Notes under the pieces: generated by a model
Told to the model about the DNA's origin: nothing
The model's database searches: none
What the model saw: only the letters and a program-made list of their open reading frames with translations
Position numbers and translations under genes: made by a program
From: Flavobacteriales bacterium
Lineage (GTDB): Bacteria; Bacteroidota; Bacteroidia; NS11-12g; UBA955
Length of the DNA stretch: 51,653 nt
NCBI GenBank assembly: GCA_040376005.1
Contig: JBEIRK010000002.1
Span: forward strand, 1 to 51,653
Reading direction: 5' to 3'
Part shown: positions 45,305 to 51,653 of the stretch, piece after piece
Layout of the letters: every line of letters begins with the position of its first letter
How positions within the stretch are numbered: the stretch's first letter is position 1

Positions 45305-45473
45305 TATTGCTGCAAGTTTAAGAAAATAGGCTGAGTTGTACACTTTTTCATAGGGATATCCCACATCATTTCTTTCCAATAAGCGGCAGAGCTCTTTGCA
45401 ATTTGTGCGTGTTCTTACCAAAATCATGCGCAAAGGAAAGGAGAAGAAAAGGGTCATTTGTCCGCGCTTGCCG

Positions 45474-45481
45474 TATCTTTG
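45474..45481 (+). promoter_or_regulatory. -7 promoter box (TATCTTTG) for miaB
   Basis: TAnnTTTG match 11 nt before ATG 45492. Confidence 0.45.
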
Positions 45482-45491
45482 CAGAACAATT

Positions 45492-46898
45492 ATGGAAAGT
45501 CTTATCCGCACAGAACCCAGCCGCCGTAAATTGTATATTGAAAGTTATGGCTGTGCCATGAATTTTTCAGACAGCGAAATTATAGCGAGCATTATGGGGG
45601 AACATGGTTTTGCAACGACTACGGATGAGTACGATGCAGATGTGATTTTTCTAAATACCTGCGCCATACGGGAAAATGCAGAACAAAAAATCCGTGACCG
45701 ACTCAAGCACTTGCGAAACAACAAGCGTAAAAATTCAGACTTGATTATCGGTGTGCTGGGCTGCATGGCAGAAAGGTTGAAGGATAAGTTATTGGAAGAA
45801 GAGAAATTGGTAGATGTGGTAGCCGGTCCTGATAGTTACCGTGAATTGCCCAAATTGGTGGCAGAGGTGGATGATGGAGCCCGGGCAATAAATGTGCTGT
45901 TAAGCCGAGAAGAAACTTATGGCGACCTCAATCCAGTGCGTTTGAACTCCAACGGGGTTTCTGCTTTTGTAAGTATCATGCGGGGCTGCGACAATATGTG
46001 CAGTTTTTGCGTGGTTCCCTTTACACGGGGCAGGGAACGCAGCCGTGATCCCGAAAGTATTGTGCGCGAGTGTAAGGAGTTGGAGGCTTCTGGATACAAG
46101 GAAATTACCCTTTTGGGACAAAACGTAAACAGTTATTTGTGGTTTGGTGGTGGTCCGAAAAAGGAGTTTAAGACCCTTACAGATGAAGAAAAACAACAGG
46201 CAGTAGATTTTGCTGACTTATTGGAGAAAGTAGCTGAAGCAGTGCCGCACATGCGCGTGCGCTACAGCACTAGCCACCCTAGAGATATAGATGAAAAAGT
46301 GGTGAAGACGATGGCGCGGTTCAGAAATATCTGCAATAATATACATCTGCCGGCGCAAAGCGGGAACACCCGTGTGCTGGATATTATGAGTCGCAATTAC
46401 AGCAGAGAGTGGTTTATGGAAAAAGTAAACATGATTCGCAGTATTATTCCCCATTGCGGGATTAGCAGCGATATCATCGCAGGTTTTTGCAGCGAAACGG
46501 AAGAAGAACACCAAGATACCTTATCCCTAATTCAAGGAGTGCAGTTTGATTTTTCCTATATGTACATGTACAGTGAACGCCCCGGCACACCTGCGGCTAA
46601 GAAGCTTGAAGATGATGTAGATGAGAAGACCAAGGGTCGCCGTTTACAAGAGATTATTGCCACACAAAATGCTGTTTCTTTGGAAAAGAACAAGCAATAC
46701 ATTGGTCAAATTGTAGAAGTGCTGGTAGAGGGTGAAAGTAAGAAAAGCAAAGACGAATGGAAGGGGAGGAATGATGAAAATGTAATGACCATTTTTCCTA
46801 AAGAGTCCTACAATCCAGGCGATATTGTAAAAGTGCTTGTAGAAGCGGTAACAGTTACCTCGCTAAAAGGCAAAGCCGTTGGCTTGGGAAGTTTATAA
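45492..46898 (+). CDS. miaB: tRNA-2-methylthio-N6-dimethylallyladenosine synthase
   Basis: N-terminal [13 protein letters not shown]0004 domain, radical-SAM motif [11 protein letters not shown], and a C-terminal TRAM domain. Start set at ATG 45492 (MESLIRT). Confidence 0.92.
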   Translation: MESLIRTEPSRRKLYIESYGCAMNFSDSEIIASIMGEHGFATTTDEYDADVIFLNTCAIRENAEQKIRDRLKHLRNNKRKNSDLIIGVLGCMAERLKDKLLEEEKLVDVVAGPDSYRELPKLVAEVDDGARAINVLLSREETYGDLNPVRLNSNGVSAFVSIMRGCDNMCSFCVVPFTRGRERSRDPESIVRECKELEASGYKEITLLGQNVNSYLWFGGGPKKEFKTLTDEEKQQAVDFADLLEKVAEAVPHMRVRYSTSHPRDIDEKVVKTMARFRNICNNIHLPAQSGNTRVLDIMSRNYSREWFMEKVNMIRSIIPHCGISSDIIAGFCSETEEEHQDTLSLIQGVQFDFSYMYMYSERPGTPAAKKLEDDVDEKTKGRRLQEIIATQNAVSLEKNKQYIGQIVEVLVEGESKKSKDEWKGRNDENVMTIFPKESYNPGDIVKVLVEAVTVTSLKGKAVGLGSL

Positions 46899-46903
46899 TC
46901 GCT

Positions 46904-47869
46904 TTATTTCGCCTCAGAATACTGCTTTCTGAGGTTCAGCAGCATGTCTTCGGTCATTTTATCCAAGTCAAAATCGGGCTTCCAACCCCAATCCTCGCGT
47001 GCGCTGCTATCATCGATAACTGCTGGCCATGAGTCTGCAATTGCCTGACGGTAGTCAGCTTGGTATTCTGTAGTAAAGTCTGGAATGTGTTTTTGGATGG
47101 CTGCGGTGATTTCTTCTGGACCGAAACTCATGCCAGCAAGGTTATAACTGCTGCGAATTTTAACCTTTTCAGCGGGCGCATGCATGATGTCTAAGGTAGC
47201 TTTTAAAGCATCTGGCATGTAGAGCATAGGTAACACAGTACCTGGATTTAAAAAGCAATGGTGTTTTCCGGTAGTAAGCGCATCGTGGTAGATAGATACT
47301 GCGTAATCGGTAGTTCCACCACCGGGTGCAGATTTGTAACCGATAAGGCCAGGATAGCGCAAGCTGCGCGTATCTACACCCCAGCGGTTAAAGTAGTACT
47401 GGGCATACAATTCGCCGGCAAGTTTGGAAATGCCATACACGGTTGTAGGATCCATGGGGCCATACTGTGGGGTGTTGTAGCGCGGGGTATTTGGACCAAA
47501 TGCTGCGATAGAACTAGGCCAATATACTTTTTGAACAATACCCATGTCTCTCGTGGCATCCAGCAGATGAAACAAACCATCCATATTGAGTTTCCAAGCA
47601 AATTCAGGCATTTTCTCAGCCGTAGCGCTAAGCAAGGCTGCCAAGTGATAGACTTGAGTAGGTTTATAACTTTTGAGTATCTCTTCCAATTTTGGCTTGT
47701 CAAGAATGTCTAAAACCACAAATGGACCGGCTTCAAACACGGGATTGTCACTCTTTTTTACATCACTGGCAACCACATTGGTATCACCATAAATCCCGCG
47801 TAGTGCCTCAACTAATTCCGTGCCCAGTTGGCCGCAAGCGCCAATAACCAGTATTTTTTCTGCCGTCAT
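46904..47869 (-). CDS. tdh: L-threonine 3-dehydrogenase (NAD-dependent epimerase/SDR-type)
   Basis: KILVIGACGQLGTEL Rossmann motif, YGISK catalytic Tyr-x3-Lys, and LRYPGLIGY...PGGGTTDYAV, which closely matches SDR-type TDHs. Start set at ATG 47869. Confidence 0.85.
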   Translation of the reverse strand: MTAEKILVIGACGQLGTELVEALRGIYGDTNVVASDVKKSDNPVFEAGPFVVLDILDKPKLEEILKSYKPTQVYHLAALLSATAEKMPEFAWKLNMDGLFHLLDATRDMGIVQKVYWPSSIAAFGPNTPRYNTPQYGPMDPTTVYGISKLAGELYAQYYFNRWGVDTRSLRYPGLIGYKSAPGGGTTDYAVSIYHDALTTGKHHCFLNPGTVLPMLYMPDALKATLDIMHAPAEKVKIRSSYNLAGMSFGPEEITAAIQKHIPDFTTEYQADYRQAIADSWPAVIDDSSAREDWGWKPDFDLDKMTEDMLLNLRKQYSEAK

Positions 47870-47954
47870 ATAATCATGCAAAGATTTCACTTTGTATGAA
47901 ATAAACAAAATGGACACTCATACAAACATGGTATTTCTCAAGGATTTTTGACTG

Positions 47955-47962
47955 TACCTTTG
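47955..47962 (+). promoter_or_regulatory. -7 promoter box (TACCTTTG) only 5 nt before the start codon (leaderless-type arrangement)
   Basis: TAnnTTTG match ending at 47962. The ATG is at 47968. Confidence 0.4.
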
Positions 47963-47967
47963 CAACT

Positions 47968-49698
47968 ATGAGCTCTGTTCACAGTGCCAACAAAGCGTTT
48001 AAGAGTCTGAAACAGCTATTAAATCGGGAGCAGCGATTGCGCACCCGATTTATTTCATGGTTTTCAGCATTGATTGCCATGGCAGATATCGTGGGTTTGA
48101 GCAGTATGGTTCCTGTATTAATGTTGGCAATTGACCATAGTTTTCTAGAAAAGAGCAGCAAGTTGAGGGCCTTGTATACCTTTTTTCATTTTCAATCAGA
48201 GCCTGAATTTTTAAAGGCGCTTATCGCCATTATCATTTTGTTTTTCTTAGTAAAAAATGTGGCTGCCATTTGGCTCATGCGGTATGTGCGCAAAACAGCC
48301 ATAGAGATAGCGTCTACACTTTCATCAAAAAGCTATCAATACGCCTTTCGCAACAACAGTTATGGCCAAGTAGCTTCAGATGGTTTGGGGTTTAATGATA
48401 CCGTGCTTTTTACCCCATTTTATTATGTTTCGGGAATCTATTTGCCCTTGTTGAATATTATCAGTGAAAGTGCGGTTGTGCTCATGTTGGTGGCAGTATT
48501 TACCATTTATAAACCTATACTATTTTTACTGATTGCAGGTTTATTGGGCATTGGTTTCTTTTTAGTAAACAGATATACCCGAAAAAAAATAACCCAGTTG
48601 GGAGAGCAGGGGAGCCAAATGCGCGAAGCTGCCTTGAAGGACTTGAATTTTGGAGTCTCAGGATTTACCGATATCAGAATCCATGGAGTTGAGGATTTTT
48701 TTAGAGATAAATTTTTGGTGCATTTTACTGGCTTTGCAAAAAATGGGGTGAAGGCTATTAGTTATCAGCTCATCCCTGCGAGAATTAACGAATTTGTGGC
48801 CTTGATAGGCATTGTAGCCTTGGTGATATATGGGTATTTTTACAGTCAGGAGAACTTGGGCCAAGTGCGTGTGCTGGCTGCCTTATTTGCTATCAGTGTA
48901 TTTCGTTTAATCCCTGCGGCAAATCGCTTATTGCAAGCCTTGATGCATTTAAAACTCAATGGATATACCATTGATAAGTTGATGCCAGTTGCTGTTGAGG
49001 CGCCTGTTAAAGCGCAAGCATCCCCAACATTTAGCGATAATTTAGAATTGAGGCAGGTTTGTTATGGATATGAAAATGCCCATCATACTGTGTTGGAGAA
49101 TGTGAATTTGCACATTGCCAAGGGCAGTATTATAGGGCTAAGTGGAGCCTCTGGCGCAGGTAAAAGTACCTTAGTCAAGATATTAATGGGGATGTATGCA
49201 CCGAGTAACGGCGAGGTGCTCTTGGACGGCGCCAGGGTTGAGAATCAAGAGCAGGTAATGTCCCTTTTTGGCTTTATGGGACAAGACCCCTACTTGTTGA
49301 ATGCAACCGTTCGCGAAAATGTGGCCTTTGGCATTTCGAAGGACAACATAGAAGATACAAGAGTAATACAGTGTATAGAACAAGCCTCACTGCATATCGA
49401 GGGCGTGTCGGATATACTTGAACTCACTGTGGGAGAAGGTGCCGCCATGCTATCTGAAGGCCAGAAGCAGCGGTTGGTGCTGGCACGGGAGCTATATCGC
49501 AATGTGCCCATATTGGTGCTGGATGAGCCCACCAGTGCTTTGGATGCTACAACCGAATCTGAGGTAATGGAAACATTCTTAAATTTATCAAAAGCTGGGA
49601 AAACATTAATAATCGTTGCACATAGCCCTAGAATTATTAATCTTTGCACTTCCGTGTATCAGCTCAGCGGAAAGACACTTACAAAAATAGACAGATGA
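47968..49698 (+). CDS. ABC transporter, fused permease/ATP-binding (exporter type)
   Basis: An N-terminal TM domain, then Walker A GASGAGKST, signature LSEGQKQRLVLAREL, Walker B ILVLDEPTSALD. Confidence 0.85.
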   Translation: MSSVHSANKAFKSLKQLLNREQRLRTRFISWFSALIAMADIVGLSSMVPVLMLAIDHSFLEKSSKLRALYTFFHFQSEPEFLKALIAIIILFFLVKNVAAIWLMRYVRKTAIEIASTLSSKSYQYAFRNNSYGQVASDGLGFNDTVLFTPFYYVSGIYLPLLNIISESAVVLMLVAVFTIYKPILFLLIAGLLGIGFFLVNRYTRKKITQLGEQGSQMREAALKDLNFGVSGFTDIRIHGVEDFFRDKFLVHFTGFAKNGVKAISYQLIPARINEFVALIGIVALVIYGYFYSQENLGQVRVLAALFAISVFRLIPAANRLLQALMHLKLNGYTIDKLMPVAVEAPVKAQASPTFSDNLELRQVCYGYENAHHTVLENVNLHIAKGSIIGLSGASGAGKSTLVKILMGMYAPSNGEVLLDGARVENQEQVMSLFGFMGQDPYLLNATVRENVAFGISKDNIEDTRVIQCIEQASLHIEGVSDILELTVGEGAAMLSEGQKQRLVLARELYRNVPILVLDEPTSALDATTESEVMETFLNLSKAGKTLIIVAHSPRIINLCTSVYQLSGKTLTKIDR

Positions 49699-50747
49699 CC
49701 GTAAAATTTGCAGTCGTGGGTGCGGGCCATATTGGCAAGCGTCATGCGGAAATGGTATTTAGAAATGAAGAAGCGGAATTGGTAGCAGTTACTGATATTC
49801 GTCCGGAAGCCTCCTCAGAAGTTGCCCACTATAACGTTCCTGTGTTTACAGATCTCGACACCATGTTGGAGTCAGGTCCTGAGTTTGATGTGCTGTGTGT
49901 GGCCACCCCTAACGGTCTTCATGCTTCCCATGCTTTGAAAGGGCTAAATGCGAAAAAACATGTAGTGATAGAAAAGCCAATGGCACTCACAAAAGTGGAT
50001 TGTGAAAGGGTAATTCACCAAGCGATGGCCGCGCATAGAATGGTGTTTTGTGTAATGCAGAACAGGTATTCACCACCGTCTGACTGGATAAAGCAAATCA
50101 TGCTGGATGGCACCTTAGGCAGAATATTTATGGTGCAGGTAAACTGTTATTGGAACCGCGATGACCGCTACTACAAATCGGGCGGATGGAAAGGCACGCA
50201 AGACCTAGATGGGGGTACCTTGTTTACCCAGTTTTCGCACTTCATCGATATTATGTATTGGCTTTTTGGTGACATTACAGATATCAAAGCAAGCTTCGCG
50301 GATTTCAACCACGCAAATACTACAGAATTTGAAGACAGCGGAACGGTGAATTTCAGATTCTTAAACGGTGGTTTGGGCTGCATCAACTACTCTACCGGCG
50401 TTTGGGATCGCAATTTTGAAAGCTCAATCACCATTATTGCAGAGAACGGTACTGTAAAAATTGGCGGCCAGTATATGAATGAAGTGGAATACTGCCACAT
50501 CAAGGATTACGAAATGCCGGTATTGCCGCCTGCCAATCCTGCCAATGATTATGGGCCTTACAAAGGCAGTGCAGCCAATCACAATTTCATATTTGACAAC
50601 GTAATAGAGGCGATTAAACGCGGTGGAATGCCTACGACAAATGCCATGGAAGGCCTAAAAGTGGTGGAAATCATAGAAAACGTATACAAGCAAAATCAGT
50701 TTTTCCGCGAAAAACGTGGGGTTTTGACCGCTTCACAGGCGCAATAG
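49695..50747 (+). CDS. Gfo/Idh/MocA-family NAD(P)-dependent oxidoreductase
   Basis: Start at ATG 49695 (MTVKFAVVGAGHIGKRH Rossmann motif), overlapping the preceding stop (ATGA). EKPMA motif present. Confidence 0.85.
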   Translation: MTVKFAVVGAGHIGKRHAEMVFRNEEAELVAVTDIRPEASSEVAHYNVPVFTDLDTMLESGPEFDVLCVATPNGLHASHALKGLNAKKHVVIEKPMALTKVDCERVIHQAMAAHRMVFCVMQNRYSPPSDWIKQIMLDGTLGRIFMVQVNCYWNRDDRYYKSGGWKGTQDLDGGTLFTQFSHFIDIMYWLFGDITDIKASFADFNHANTTEFEDSGTVNFRFLNGGLGCINYSTGVWDRNFESSITIIAENGTVKIGGQYMNEVEYCHIKDYEMPVLPPANPANDYGPYKGSAANHNFIFDNVIEAIKRGGMPTTNAMEGLKVVEIIENVYKQNQFFREKRGVLTASQAQ

Positions 50748-50759
50748 AAAAATATTTTC

Positions 50760-50780
50760 TTTTTTTTTGGGGGGTGGGGG
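50760..50780. repeat. Homopolymer tract T9-G6-T-G5
   Basis: Read directly from the sequence: TTTTTTTTTGGGGGGTGGGGG, between the oxidoreductase stop and the FecR-like ORF. Confidence 0.9.
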
Positions 50781-50816
50781 TGCAAGTGTTGTATTGTAGT
50801 GGACGCAGTACGTACA

Positions 50817-50996
50817 ATGAAAGAGCAACTCGAATCCAATTTATTGACTAAATACGCCGCAGGGCTTACTACTTCTGAAGAATTGAGAAGTATTGAAGAG
50901 TGGTTAAAAAAGAACCCACAATTCAGAATGACCCTTGCAGTGATCAAGCAAAATGTGGATGCTATGGTGGGAACCTTAGCGCCGAATAGATGGTAA
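50817..50996 (+). CDS. FecR-family N-terminal segment, separated from the rest of the gene by an in-frame TAA
   Basis: LLTKYAAGLTTSEELRSIEEWLKKNPQF resembles the cytoplasmic N-terminus of Bacteroidota FecR-like anti-sigma factors. It is in the same frame as the 51018 ORF. The start is ATG 50817 or GTG 50799. Confidence 0.4.
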   Translation: MKEQLESNLLTKYAAGLTTSEELRSIEEWLKKNPQFRMTLAVIKQNVDAMVGTLAPNRW

Positions 50997-51017
50997 GGAA
51001 GAGAAGGAATCGTGAAC

Positions 51018-51653
51018 ATGAACCACAACGAAAAAGAACCACAAGAATTCGATAAAGATCTCAAATCTATTTGGGATTTAACAGCTTCCTACACCTATGA
51101 GGAGGCGAAAACCAATGATACAGCTTGGACTGCATTTAAGGCAGCTGCAGAAGCTCCAAAACCTGCATTGCGTGTTACTTGGATTCAAAGAAACTACCGA
51201 TCTATTGCCGCATCTGTAGCCATTTTGTTGGCCGCAGGTCTGGGATTGTGGTATGCAAGCAGACCACTAGAAACTGAGAATACCGTAGCCGTAGAACACT
51301 ATAAAACCAAGTCTGGTGAAATCCTAAAACTAGATTTGGGAGATGGCAGCAGAATTGTATTGAATAGCAATTCAGAACTTACGGTTGATGCAGGATTTGG
51401 CGAAACTTCACGCAATATTACCTTGCTAGGTGAGGCGGATTTCGAAGTGGCTAAAAACCCAAATCTACCTTTTGTAGTATCTGCACTAGGTTCCACAACT
51501 ACCGTGTTGGGTACAGGATTCAATATTTCTGCGTATCCGCAAGACAAGCAAGTGCAAATCTTGGTTTCACACGGAAAAGTGCGCTTTGGAAAAGCAAATA
51601 ATGTGCTTGTATTGGTGAAAGACCAAGCTGCAGTATTGCCCGCAGAGGCTAAT
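51018..51653 (+). CDS. FecR-family anti-sigma factor / sensor (3' end cut by window edge)
   Basis: This ORF is not in the ORF track because it has no stop within the window. It has a TM helix (IAASVAILLAAGLGLWY) followed by the FecR domain pattern LGDGSRIVLNSNSEL...LLGEADFEV..NPNLPFVV......VLGTGFNI. Confidence 0.75.
   Translation, partial: MNHNEKEPQEFDKDLKSIWDLTASYTYEEAKTNDTAWTAFKAAAEAPKPALRVTWIQRNYRSIAASVAILLAAGLGLWYASRPLETENTVAVEHYKTKSGEILKLDLGDGSRIVLNSNSELTVDAGFGETSRNITLLGEADFEVAKNPNLPFVVSALGSTTTVLGTGFNISAYPQDKQVQILVSHGKVRFGKANNVLVLVKDQAAVLPAEAN

Noticed and set aside
19414-47869. kbl (19414-20610) and tdh (46904-47869) lie ~26 kb apart on the same strand, although they form one pathway and are an operon in enterobacteria
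   Set aside because: Unlinked kbl and tdh genes are common outside enterobacteria, especially with the SDR-type TDH. This is not a meaningful anomaly.
50769-50780. G-quadruplex in the G6-T-G5 tract
   Set aside because: Only two G-runs are present and a canonical intramolecular quadruplex needs four. I kept it only as a slippage-prone homopolymer tract.
39924-50996. Stop-codon reassignment or programmed read-through of TAA, because two genes (the lipid kinase at 39924-39926 and the FecR-like gene at 50994-50996) have in-frame TAA codons
   Set aside because: TAA terminates many clearly complete genes in this window, including dtd, panC, the DUF4270-like gene and the DAHP synthase. Genome-wide recoding is therefore not supported. 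Independent mutations, alternative starts or sequence errors are more parsimonious.

Overview
The window is a chromosomal segment from a member of the Bacteroidota. Three things support that assignment: the conserved panC / short glycogen-synthase / DUF4270-like gene trio, TAnnTTTG -7 promoter boxes, and T9SS type-A and type-B C-terminal sorting domains. Most of it is housekeeping: tRNA-Arg(CCT), dtd, panC, a DAHP synthase, kbl, rpsO-pnp, gatC, plsC, miaB, tdh, several ABC transporters and two APC permeases.

Four regions are not ordinary:
1. 5788-14257, minus strand. This is a six-gene, translationally coupled operon in which every product carries a signal peptide or lipobox. It is built around two caspase-like (peptidase C14) proteases with intact His/Cys dyads. 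One of them is fused to a WD40 propeller. The other four products are a vWA-like lipoprotein and three exported proteins I cannot place in any family. It looks more AT-rich than its flanks. This is my best candidate for an undescribed system.
2. 24304-30119. A pair of large exported proteins, the second being a 1366-aa T9SS type-B cargo built from Cys-bounded repeats.
3. 30264-33602. An arsR-arsM-arsC-acr3 arsenic operon whose arsC-acr3 spacer is filled by a 128-nt-period tandem array of CACAGAG/CTCTGTG palindromic repeats.
4. 34798-35399. A 600-nt divergent intergenic region holding two copies, exactly 300 nt apart, of an identical 28-nt motif. Each copy is followed by a terminator hairpin of different sequence but the same structure, which suggests a candidate sRNA or attenuator pair.

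Smaller oddities:
- Two genes are interrupted or preceded by in-frame TAA codons (a lipid kinase and a FecR-like gene).
- A T9-G6-T-G5 homopolymer tract sits upstream of the FecR-like gene.
- A Y_Y_Y-domain ORF looks like a gene remnant.
- The DAHP synthase has Gln where I expect the metal-binding His of the DPSH motif.
- PNPase carries an RG-rich C-terminal tail.

I recognised no CRISPR array, transposase, integrase or rRNA. All family assignments rest on motif recognition by eye, not on database searches.
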